Origin: Octopus bimaculoides | Taxonomy: Eukaryota | Assembly (NCBI RefSeq): GCF_001194135.2 | Contig: NC_068988.1 | Coordinates: 91,446,225-91,509,948 of the forward strand | Length of the DNA: 63,724 nucleotides | Reading direction: 5' to 3' | Shown here: positions 51,830 to 62,759 of the stretch, piece by piece | Layout: each line of letters starts with the position of its first letter | How positions within the stretch are numbered: the first letter of the stretch is position 1 | Made by a program: the position numbers and the translations under genes | The notes under the pieces: model-generated | Database searches by the model: none | Told to the model about the DNA's origin: nothing | Seen by the model: the letters and a program-made list of their open reading frames with translations, nothing else

Positions 51830-52760
51830 CTTGGATTAATCCACTTTCTCGTATGTACCTGGGATTAGTGGTTACCTGATAGATCACATTATTGCAGCAT
51901 GTACTGATATAATTCTCTGGCCCACAATTTATCAACCCTGTGATGACGGTGTACCCCAGGGTTCAGTTTTTGTTCCCCACATTCTTCTTCCTAAACATCA
52001 ACCTTATTGCTATCATGTCCAACAAGACCCACTTTTATACAGGTAATACAATTCTTCATTCCTTCTTAACCTACAGCACCCAAGTGATATCAGCATGCAA
52101 ACTATACTCCCTCAAGCGACCTTAGAAATATCCTCTAATGGGTTCATTCCATTACATTCGCTGCATATAACAAGAAAAGATTATTGTGCCTCACATCCCT
52201 TAAACATGAGCAACAATCACCTAGACCTTTCTTGATCGCTTCAAATGTTGTACCTCACCCTCACTGAGTATCTGTTATAGGGAGCACGTATCCTTAACAT
52301 GGCAATGACTGAATCTCAAAGATTGGCCCTTCTCTTCAGACCCCAAAAATAATTTATTCCCCTTCAATTACTAACCCTCTTCTAATCTTGGATGAAATGC
52401 ACAATGAAGTATTACTCCTGCATCTGAGATAGCGGTGTTGCTGTGCACACAAACATTACCTGATTGACCCAAAATCATTCGCATTCTGGCCCCACAACAT
52501 GTTGTCTCTTCTCTCTACCACTAACACTATGGCCTTCTGCTCCTTGATGCAAGCTGTTCTCATGCCACCTTCACTCGAGGACTCTCAACTTACTCATACC
52601 TTTTCTTTTCATTGCCTATATTGTGTCAAAATCATCAGGACCTGCTAATCATACGCCCAGCTCATTCTTTCTAGAGTATCAACTTTTCTGGAATTTCCTC
52701 CCAGCTAATATCTCTCTGCAGTTTTCAACTTGCAACAGTTTCAGTGGGATATTAACAGTA
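51830..52760 (+). mobile_element. Highly degraded CR1/Jockey-like LINE RT relic
   Basis: Scattered RT-like peptides (WINPL, FLFPTFFFLNIN, ADDTILHS-like TGNTILHS, FPANISLQF); many lesions. Confidence 0.45.
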
Positions 52761-53320
52761 TCGGTACCACCAATCTTGAAGGCCTGGTGAAAGCCAGAGT
52801 CATGACCCTTTCTCCAGAACAAGCTAATAGAAAAAATGATGACACTTCATCATTGACAGTCATTGCACACAATTTATCTCCACTATTGACTATACACAAA
52901 CATTCTAAATCTACCTATAGTCTATATTTCTTTCATTTTCATATTTCAACATTTAAATTTCTCTCTAGAGCATAAAAAATATTCTATCTCAATCAGTTGC
53001 TGATTGACACGGAACTTCTTTTCATGTCCCTTTGAAGAATATACCCAGTATCTTCAGTGATACTCATGATTATTTTCAGGAGAGTGTTTGTACCATTGGC
53101 ATTACATGGGATTAGAAGAGATTTGATATAAAATAAAAGAGTAGTTTTAAACATTAACAAACATAAACTCTGAGATAATTTTTCGTAAACCGAAGTCCTG
53201 AAATCTGTTAACATTTTTACTTAGTTTTACATTTGAAGTTACTCTTTTACTGGTTTCAGTTTTGGTCTTGCTTGGACACCACCATGAGGATTATTACAGC
53301 CTTATGATGAATGATGATGT

Positions 53321-53703
53321 GGAGGCGCAATGGCCCAGTGGTTAGGGCAGCGGACTGGCGGTCATAGGATCGTGGTTTCGATTCCCAGACCGGGCGTTGT
53401 GAGTGTTTATTGAGCGAAAACACCTAAAGCTCCACGAGGCTCCGGCAGGGGATGGTGGCGAACCCTGCTGTACTCTTTCCCCACAACTTTCTCTCACTCT
53501 TACTTCCTGTTTCTGTTGTGCCTGTAATCCAAAGGGTCAGCCTTGTCACGCTGAATATCCCTGAGAACTACGTTAAGGGTACACGTGTCTGTCTGTGGAG
53601 TGCTCAGCCACTTGCACGTTAATTTCACGAGCAGGCTGTTCTGTTGATTGGATCAACTGGAACCCTCGACGTCGTAAGCGACGGAGTGCCAACAACAACA
53701 ACA
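53321..53703 (+). mobile_element. Full-length OR-type tRNA SINE with a 17-bp TSD
   Basis: Head GGAGGCGCAATGGCCCAGTGGTTAGGG and (CAA)n tail. Flanked by ATGATGAATGATGATGT (53304-20) and ATGATGAATGATGGTGT (53704-20). Confidence 0.93.
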
Positions 53704-54814
53704 ATGATGAATGATGGTGTTTGGTGTTGCTGCTCTTATCTATGACTCCTACTGTAATGTAGGTTCAGCTGGGACTGTACACTGTAGAATGATTTGTTTG
53801 AAAGTATTGACATTTATCCGTGTATATCCCTTACAGTTTGAGAAGGATACTAAATAGCTATGTTCTCTTGATAATATAAGTTATTTTCAGCTTTTAGTCC
53901 TTACTCAAAAGAAATAAGATGGAACTTTTGTTGTTCTGTAGTTGTAACCAATGCAAGGATTTGTACAGCTTTCAATGTCAAAGAAAATATTTTAACATAA
54001 CCATTCTGCTTTTGTCTTTCAGAGTATTCTCAGTTCCTTGTAATGCTATATATTTTGGAAAACTAAAGGTATGTCATCATATCAGAGCACAACGTCAGCA
54101 AATCGTTGTTTATTCTCCTATTGTTTTATCGATATTAATGAAAACTGATTTAACCTTGATTTAAATGTTTTCCTTTAATCCTACTCTTTTATTCAGTGTT
54201 GTAGTTTATCATAATTTCCTGTGTAATATATTACAAATTTCAGGATAGTATATTATTAGATAGATAAACTCCACTATGTTGTAATTTATTTTTAGCCCCA
54301 GTGTCATCATTATCATCTTCATTTTACTGCTGTTGTTAGTCAGGTTATCTTGATTTGAGTCACTACCTGTTCAGAGCAAATGCCTGCCTAGATGGGTTGA
54401 GGGACCACATCTCACTTATACATTTCATTTTTAGTTAATATTGTTCTTTAGGCGCTGGTCAGACCTGATTCAGCAGACCTATGATCTAAAGAGCTCCATC
54501 CATGACTATCCTTTCATTTTGATATGGAAAAGAGTAATTTGAAGGAGATATAGCTGCTGTTTCTTGAAGGTCAAGATGTAGATATTCATTTATAGAACAC
54601 TGAGAAATTTATTTATTTAATATGTATGCAGGAAGGGATATGGGTGAGCAGGTTGAATTGACTAGACTTAATCATAGAACTGGGGGGGAAAGCATGGATA
54701 TAATCCTTTTCAGTAGTTGTTAATTCTATAATTGTTGAAATACTGCATAACAGCCTCTGTCTTCCCAACAAACGTTTCACAAAAGGAAATTATCTAACAT
54801 ACTGAAGGACTAAG

Positions 54815-54900
54815 CCATTTGGTTTCACCAGTCCTCAGTCAAATTGTCCAACCCATGCTAGCATGGAAAGCAGACGTTAAACGACGATGATGATGATGAT
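54815..54900 (+). mobile_element. 3' tip of (GAT)n-tailed SINE/RTE
   Basis: GGTTTCACCAGTCCTCAGTCAAATTGTCCAACCCATGCTAGCATGGAAAGCAGACGTTAAACGACGATGATGATG. Confidence 0.85.
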
Positions 54901-55456
54901 AGTTGACAGGAATAAATTAATATAGCTAAAACAAGGAAACTATAGACTAAATAGTAAATGAATATAGTTTGTGTTACAAACACAGACATGAGGCATCAGC
55001 TACAGAACTGCAAATGATATATTTTTGGTGAAACAGCTGTAAGAACTACATTAACATGTATTTGATGATGTGAGGAGGTATTTAACAATGTTTCTGAAGG
55101 CAATGGAAAAACTAGGTCTGTATGTTTAGCTCATGCCTGCTTTGATATTAAAGATTGTTGTGTATGCAAGAATTAGATGAAGCTGTGTAAGTCTTCTGAA
55201 TTTCAATCAAATACTTAAGAATCTTATGCAAGAATTGGAGATTATCTGGCAGTTTATCCAGCTAGCTGTTCCTTATTACTGATTGAGTGAAAAGAATATC
55301 AACTTCGAACAAAAGTTGGAAGAGTAGGTTTGAATCATGGAGATGTTGCCATTTACAACATTTCAACACACCTCTCTTTATTTCTTTAGAGAGGGTCTTT
55401 TGAAACATCACAACTTATCTCTTCTCTCAGTACACAAACTTTTATGACAATTCATT

Positions 55457-55909
55457 TGTAAGATAGGTATGATAGTTGTCACAGAGACTTTAGTCTCTCT
55501 CTATCACCTTTCAACAGCATTATATATGAAAAGACATTAGAACAATTAACAACATAATAAAAAGGTTTTATTTATGATGATGCTTGGTTTCACAATTCCT
55601 GTCATTCAGATTAGCAGCCACTGATTACATTGTAGTTTGGTAATGGATGGTTAAGGGCTTCCTTGATGCCTGCCAGAGGAGCAAGTAGCTATCACCATCG
55701 AAGGCATTGAGGTGAAAAGTGCTTCGTGGAGGAACGAGGTGTTGTCACGTAGAAGGTCTCAGGCTCAACTCGCTGAGAAAGTGAAACTAACTGTTTAAGT
55801 ACGAGTTTTACTACGCATGCGCAACTCGAAGGGCTTCCAGTGGTGAAGTCCCCTGCGCATGCGCAGAATAGTACTTCCTCAATGGCGGCTATAATTTCGC
55901 GCCACTACA
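55457..55909 (-). mobile_element. Solo LTR (Gypsy-like), copy 1
   Basis: TGTA...TACA termini, 453 bp, flanked by a CATT 4-bp TSD (55453-56 and 55910-13). It is the reverse complement of 59626-60076. Confidence 0.85.
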
Positions 55910-56099
55910 CATTCAATGGCCCAGTACCTTAACCTCATAGCTATTGTGTCTAATACTGTGTAACCAATATAAATATTAGAAGTAGTGATGCCTGATTTAG
56001 ACTCGTGGTGACGAACTGTATTGAAAATTCATTCTGCCTATAAAAGTACAGATGTTAAAACAAGAGTAATGATGTTACACAAAAGTGAACTGATCACAT

Positions 56100-56950
56100 T
56101 ATTCCCCTCTCTTCTTGTATCTTTGTCTCTGAATCCACCAGTTTCTGTTGTTCTATTTTTAGCTGAACAAACCAAAAGATGAAAGCTATAAATACTTCTG
56201 GGTTGATTTCAATGTCACCAGTCAACGCGTAACTTTCTACTGTGAGCAAGTTAATGGCAGTGAAGACCCTGTAAGATATTTCTTTTATCACATTACACTT
56301 GACTAACAGGAATTCATCCTCAGTTATTACCAGATTATTGATTGCTAAATAGCAGTTCTAATCCTTCATTGACAATATTTTTGATTAGTTCACAAATAAA
56401 AGCTCAAAGTCTCTACAAATAGGAGACCTCACAGTCTCTGTAGATCTTTTATAGTAACATCATATTACCGAAATTACACCACAGACACACAGCCCAAAAT
56501 ACTTCATCTTTGATCCGTTGCTGACCTTCTACAAAGCTCAAGTAAGGTATTCCTCACATATTTGGTTGGTTGCTGCTACTACACACACAAACATCCTACG
56601 TCACATCCTAAAGCAAAATAAAGATTCACTCACTACCAGGACTCAACAAGTTCACAGACATTACTATTAATTCTCTCTGTCTCTTCTATCACTATTGTAA
56701 AGGATTCTGCTCCTCTAAACTAATTGCTATACATTCTCGCACCAGTGCCCACTTGACCTACGTAGCCTTCTTTCTCCTGTCACTCATACAGCTTCTCAAC
56801 TTGCAGACCTATTTGTAATCATTGTTTTCTAGGATCCATCTCTGCATATTACCAAGTCCAATATTCTCTATGGAAACTTGATTATCTCAGTTTAATCAAG
56901 ATAAGCTCAAAAACATTTTACTTTTTCATAAAATTCAAATAATATCATCT
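56100..56950 (+). mobile_element. Degraded CR1/Jockey-like LINE fragments
   Basis: A G*FQCH/GDFNV-like and a DNIFD*FT endonuclease-like peptide, then LLTFYKAQVR (RT C-terminal motif). Confidence 0.5.
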
Positions 56951-57749
56951 ACAATGTACTGGTGACAAAAACAAGATAACTACATTACCTTTAATCACTG
57001 GCATCCTCCACTAAATTCAAAATAAGACTTTACTTGCTAAGAGAGGAGGAAGAGACAGTGCCTTTGACTTTCGCAAACTGTCTGAGACCAGTTAGCTTGA
57101 TGCCCTTTGTTCATCACTAATGTTGTATCCAGCCCCAACTGGCCCTGTACTTACAATTATACTCATTCCTTAGTGAAATAAGGATCTCTATTCCTCCTAT
57201 TGTAATGATCCCTATTCCTCAGTGCTAGCTAATTTTGTACCTCCTCCATTTATATACCCAGTCCTCCAGTACCTAATTTCTCTGGAATTCCTGTGGGTGT
57301 TGACTTGAGTGAAGTAGATAAGGAGTGCCTAAACAAGAGGGGATACAAGATACTGAGGAATAGGGGCTACTATAGTAGAGGAACAGAGACCATTATTTCA
57401 CTAAAGGTTAAACAATCATTTACCCTGATACATTCCAATATCTGACCCCTTTTTTTTTACTTCTCAGAATCTATTATTATCTCATTGAACCTCTGTTTCC
57501 ATTCATATCTCCTTACTCTTATAGTTAGTTGCTCATGTGTACTATTAAAAGATCTGTATGACTTTCTCTGATTCTCCATTCCTCTAGGAGTGTGAGGAAG
57601 ATGTATGGGAAACAGTCAGCATTTGCAAAGAAGATGTGATGGAAATTATTTATGAAGGTAAGGACTTACCATTTTCTATATATTTCTTTCTCTTTGTTGT
57701 GAAAATTTCTCTTAGAGAAATTTTTTTACAACCAAATGTTCTCTTATTT

Positions 57750-58764
57750 TCTTTATTTCTATCTACCATCACTATCCAGAATCTATTGTGGTGTCTTGGA
57801 CTGTGGTGTTTATCACAGTTTTTGAAAGCTCCCCACTCTCTCTCACTTACAGGAAAAGTTTTGAGCTCAACACTGCTAGCACCCTTCAATTATACAACAC
57901 AGCAGTTTACATCATTAAACTGTACCTCCTCATAGTACCTGTTTTAAGTTATTTCAACTTGGTAGTTGAAAATTAATTTTGTTGCTTGAGACACAATTCA
58001 GTGCCATTAAAAGAATATGTTCACTTAACCCTTTTGATAAGTAGGGTGATTACCTATTTATGAAATGTTGTTTTTCTTTTCTTTCTTCAAATATATATCT
58101 AGGATAACATTAGGCATTTTGTCTTTTTCATAACACTATAAGAGTATGATTTGAGATAGATTTGGTTGCTGTTACAAGCAGATCAAATGACTACATGTCT
58201 TCTATTGATCTCAGGTTTGAGACATCTTTACCTTGGTTCTCTCTTAAGGCAGGTATACATTAACTTTATAAATATATATGACATAGTCACTTCACTTTTT
58301 CATTAAGTAATTGACTTATTTCATTTAATTTTTGTCTGATTTTTATTTTATTAGAATTGGACATTTAAGCACTTCTACTGGATTATAGTGCAACAGCAGA
58401 AATGGTTGCATGTCTTGTAGTTTTATTTAAGTCTTTTCATGTATTGAGTTCAAATCTTGCTAGGGTCAATATCACATTCATCCTTCTTGGAAGTCAATCA
58501 AATTAACCACATCCCTAATATTTGTGGTTTAGTACCTAAGTCAGAAATATTTTATTGATATTAACTATATAAATTATTATATTTTCTGATATTTTTTTTT
58601 CCTTTTTAGTATCTGAGGATGATCAATTGGCTATTATATACTTCCTGTTCTTCCCATCTATGAAAGAAATTCTACCTGGACATACTCTCAAAAAGGGTTC
58701 TAGCATGAAAATGACATTCCAGGACAAAGACGCTGTTTGTAAAGGAATTCAGGAAATTTTCTGT
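57750..58764 (+). pseudogene. MEI1: MEI1 relic blocks about aa 1105-1175 (57750-57830, 58610-58764)
   Basis: ITIQNLLWCLGLWCLSQFL vs IGLQNLLVQ(KDPLLSQA)CVGCLEALL. The exon ttttag|TATCTG...TGT|gtaagt reads YLRMINWLLYTS (vs WNRFLLFTLL), with TGA at 58661. Confidence 0.65.
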
Positions 58765-59625
58765 GTAAGTTCGTTTATATCATGTCTGTTTTTCCATGCT
58801 GGCATGGATTAGACTAAGATTTATTGAAGCATAACTTTACAATTAGATGCCTTTACTGTTGACAGTCCCTATCTGGTTTTTTTTTTTTTTTTTCAAGTGA
58901 AGGATTTTTTTATACCACTGGTCTTCACCATACTTATTGTTAACAGGGGATGCGAACATGACAGCACTATTTTGATCAGGTGATGTCATGTGGAATGCAT
59001 TTATGTACATGTGCACACACACAGATACATATAAGCATGCAGGTATCTATACACATACACACTATTAGTTTTCATAGTTTCTGTCTACCATTTTCTCTGA
59101 TGAGGCATTGTTCTACCCACACCTCTAGTAGAAGACATTTACCCAACATGACATTCAGTGGATTAGAATCTAAAACCACTTGGTTACAAAATAAACTCTC
59201 TATCATACCTCTGCTTAAATATTTATTTAAACTGAACACAAAAATGTAGTCTTATAATTCAGCTCTATAAATGGTATAAAACCTCATTGGTTTTTATTAT
59301 TTTTTGTAATTAACTTGTATCTTTATTCACTTGTGAGTTACCAAAATTGTAACAATTACTTAATTGACCTATATATATATGCTTAGTATAAAAGAAGCCA
59401 AATTCAGCAATAAAATATTGTTTCATTAAAATGTCTCTACATAAATATGATATCAAATTACAATATATCCTAGAATAGAAGGGAAATGGTGATGCTGAGT
59501 GTTGAAAAAAAAAATCAGTTAGTAAAGAGTTTGATACATTTCTTATCCAAACCCAAAAAAGAGAGAGTTCAGGCAACCAGTTAAAGAACTGTGTGGAAAA
59601 GAGCAATATGTAGATAACTAGGTAC

Positions 59626-60076
59626 TGTAGTGGCGCGAAATTATAGCCGCCATTGAGGAAGTACAATCTGCGCATGCGCAAGAGACTTCACCACCGGAAG
59701 CCCCTCGAGTGCGCATGCATAGTAAAACTAGTACTTAAAGAGTTACTTTCGTTTTATAACTCAGTTGAGCAAGAGACCTTCGACGTGACAACACCTTGCT
59801 CCTCAACGAAGCACTCTTCACCACAATGCCTTCGATATGATAGCTACTTGCTTCTCTGGCATGCATCAAGGAAGCTCTTAATCTTCCAGTACCAATTACA
59901 AAATAATCAGCGGCTGCTAAGCTGAATGACACAGGATTTGTATGACCAAGCATCATCAAAAAATAAACTTATTTTTATTTATGTTGTTAATTGTTCTACT
60001 GTTCCTTCATATATAATTATGTTGAAAGGTGATAGAGAGAGACTAATGTCTCTATTGCATCTATCAACCTTTTACA
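59626..60076 (+). mobile_element. Solo LTR (Gypsy-like), copy 2
   Basis: TGTAGTGG...TTACA, 451 bp, flanked by a GTAC 4-bp TSD (59622-25 and 60077-80). GC-rich 5' part; AATAAA near 59963. Confidence 0.87.
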
Positions 60077-60284
60077 GTACAATACATTGTACAACCACAC
60101 ATAAGCTGCAGCTATAATAACAGGTTTGAAGTATTGGGAGAAGAATGGAATGGAGATAATATAGAGAGGGAGGCAATGCAATAGTTGAGAATTGGAACAT
60201 GTATGAAAGAATCTGATTACACGGATGCACAATTACATACATCTGAGTTTTAGAATAGGTATGCTTTGTCCTTGTGGACAACAA

Positions 60285-60395
60285 AAAAACTGGCAACAGA
60301 AAAGGCATCCAGCTATAAAACACTGCCTTGGAAAAACCATCCAACCCATGCCAGCATGAAAAACTGATGTAAAAACATCTGATGATGATGATGAC
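60285..60395 (+). mobile_element. Diverged (GAT)n-tailed SINE, 3' part
   Basis: AGGCATCCAGC...CCAACCCATGCCAGCATGAA...GATGATGATGATGA. Confidence 0.7.
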
Positions 60396-60410
60396 AACTA
60401 GGTATACATA

Positions 60411-62750
60411 ATGATGGCTGTCCACTCATGACTGAGGAAGACCATTGCTGACCTTCAGGAACATTGTGAGCTCTAGGACTAATTTATATTTTGCATTTGC
60501 AGCTCCGTTGGTGGCTGATGAGCCCTACTCTTGACAAGCATACATGACTGCAAACATTGCAGACGAAGCTTTCCCCATTCACTATACAAACCATGCGCTT
60601 TCGCACAGCTCGCTTAAGTTCTTCACTCTGGATACGTGCTCTCTCAAAAGTGTTGATCCCCTCCTTAACCTGCTTCCTCCATCTGTGGTGATGACAGGCA
60701 TTGTTCTCCCAGTCAGTGTCCTGCATATCACAGGCCTTTAATGAGGACTTGACACAGTCCTTAAATCACAGCCTTTGTTTCTGCCAGAGTCTCCTTCCAT
60801 TCACAAGTTCTCCATATAGCATCTACTTAGGAATCCTGCTATCCTTCATACTAATAAGGTGTCCAGTCCAACGTAACCGGTGCTTGTGCACCATCGCCTC
60901 AATACTCAAGATATCAGCTGTCCTCAGGACCTGTGTGTCTGGAGCTTTTAAGGTCCAGCGAACATTGAGAATGTGTCTGAGACATCTCTGATGAAAGCTT
61001 TCAAGGCAACTTACATGACGTTTGTAAAGGATCCATGTCTCACATAAGTAAAAGAGCGATGTCAGTATAAATGCACGGTACACAACAATTTTTGTTTGCC
61101 TTGTGATGCAATGCTGGGACTAGACACAAAATTGAAGAGACAGGAAGGAATCAGCTGCTCTCTGTAGACTGAAAGATATTTCATCATCCAGGGAGCAAGA
61201 ATGGCTGAGTGCGCTGCCCAGGTAGATAAACTTGTCTACCACTTTCAGAATTGTTCCTTCAACCAAGATAGCTGGTTCCACATGTGGATTTCCTGGTGCA
61301 GGCTGGAACATTACAACAGTCTTGCCCAGGCTAATGCTGAGTCCAAATGCCATGCAAGAAGCAGATATACGATTCATGAGTATTTGCATGTCATCCACTG
61401 TATGAGTGACTAAGTCACAGTCATCTGCATAAAGGAGGTCACAAATAATAGACTGGAGAACCTTTGAATTGGCAGCAAATCGGCAAAGATTAAAGAGGTG
61501 GCTAGAAGATTGATATCTGACATATATTCCCAGAAAGCTAGCCTTAGCAAAAACATGAGTAAAAGCAGCAGCAAAGTACAAAGAAAAGAGAGTTGGGGCT
61601 GCTTGACACCATTCTCTACAGGAATNNNNNNNNNNNNNNNNNNNNNNNNNNNNNNNNNNNNNNNNNNNNNNNNNNNNNNNNNNNNNNNNNNNNNNNNNNN
61701 NNNNNNNNNNNNNNNNNNNNNNNNNNNNNNNNNNNNNNNNNNNNNNNNNNNNNNNNNNNNNNNNNNNNNNNNNNNNNNNNNNNNNNNNNNNNNNNNNNNN
61801 NNNNNNNNNNNNNNNNNNNNNNNNNNNNNNNNNNNNNNNNNNNNNNNNNNNNNNNNNNNNNNNNNNNNNNNNNNNNNNNNNNNNNNNNNNNNNNNNNNNN
61901 NNNNNNNNNNNNNNNNNNNNNNNNNNNNNNNNNNNNNNNNNNNNNNNNNNNNNNNNNNNNNNNNNNNNNNNNNNNNNNNNNNNNNNNNNNNNNNNNNNNN
62001 NNNNNNNNNNNNNNNNNNNNNNNNNNNNNNNNNNNNNNNNNNNNNNNNNNNNNNNNNNNNNNNNNNNNNNNNNNNNNNNNNNNNNNNNNNNNNNNNNNNN
62101 NNNNNNNNNNNNNNNNNNNNNNNNNNNNNNNNNNNNNNNNNNNNNNNNNNNNNNNNNNNNNNNNNNNNNNNNNNNNNNNNNNNNNNNNNNNNNNNNNNNN
62201 NNNNNNNNNNNNNNNNNNNNNNNNNNNNNNNNNNNNNNNNNNNNNNNNNNNNNNNNNNNNNNNNNNNNNNNNNNNNNNNNNNNNNNNNNNNNNNNNNNNN
62301 NNNNNNNNNNNNNNNNNNTTACTTCATCTATTGAGGGTGAGGAGTCTAAGGAGCCAATGATAGGTCTTTGTTGCATAGTATCAATCACTGTTTCATCCAC
62401 AACTAACTCATGGTTTAAGAGTTCAGAGAAGTGTTCGATCCAGCGACCTGTGATTTCTGTTGATTTAGTAAACAGAGTGGAAGACTCCTTGGAAAGCAAA
62501 GGAGCTGATGTGGAGCTCTTAGGTCCATAAGCTCGCTTCATAAAGTAGTAAAGCTTCTTGCTGTCATCAGCAGCAGCCTGAACATCACGAGCAAGATCCT
62601 CCCACCAAGTGATCTGCATCTTCCTGAGAGATCGCTGCAGTGCTAGACTTCGCTGCACAGTAGACAGTTCTCTGTGTAGCAATACACTGTGGGCATGGCG
62701 CTTTACCACCAATAGTCACTGTCAGGTCACTTATGGGGCTCTCATAAGTG
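60411..62750 (-). mobile_element. RTE-clade (BovB-like) LINE, linker to 3' end (gap 61626-62319)
   Basis: TGRWIEHFSELLN; APTLFSLYFAA; DLLYADDCDLV; MFQP; DKFIYLGS; HRLRWTGHLISMKDSRIPK; a C-terminal CNVCSHVCLSRVGLISHQRSC zinc knuckle; several stops and frameshifts. Confidence 0.93.
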
Positions 62751-62759
62751 CTACTGGTA

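Larger units (their letters stand above)
48976..54023 (+). pseudogene. MEI1: MEI1 relic blocks about aa 929-1070 (48976-49010, 50344-50396, 51567-51690, 53961-54023)
   Basis: Clean AG/GT exons KSIIKLISTVG (vs SVAMKLLHQVS) and AENVLMP/CRKC (vs DVDILQP/CGKC); their phases do not join. IILSSLLTFSS vs LLCSAWLLTASFS. LYSFQCQRKYFNITILLLSFR vs [21 protein letters not shown] (ungapped). Confidence 0.55.
13570..58764 (+). pseudogene. MEI1: Decayed multi-exon relic of meiosis inhibitor protein 1 (MEI1/PRD1-like, ARM/HEAT protein)
   Basis: More than 20 + strand peptide blocks, many bounded by AG/GT, match human MEI1 (recalled from memory) in the correct order. Examples: SSVRKAQFLS vs SLVRKKHMLS (13672); LQLLLKAAARIICIYNHSG vs LRQLLKYDLFVSMIMNQDG (18892); SRRLDILLTAIKALMNY vs SPVLEVAAEALKATSAF (24805); GQHLEIYFENVQS vs GKFLLSTLEGFRS (27914); LQLLFYL vs ILLLFYL (42758); YMHFLRSFLMSCSAH vs [23 protein letters not shown] (43265); ITIQNLL vs IGLQNLL (57768); NWLLYT vs RFLLFT (58625). 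Several blocks contain stops or frameshifts. Confidence 0.75.

Noticed and set aside
24845-59110. Other CTGATGA/CTGAAGA heptamers (24845, 49860 minus, 59098, 5259) as hammerhead cores
   Set aside because: They lack a following stem II plus GAAA arrangement.
55457-60076. A single 4.6-kb DNA transposon or foldback element with 450-bp TIRs
   Set aside because: Each repeat has its own different 4-bp TSD, and the interior contains host relic exons and LINE debris.
4386-62712. Long ORFs in the supplied track that are dominated by X, or by YI/HT/SL repeats
   Set aside because: They are artefacts of N gaps and microsatellites.
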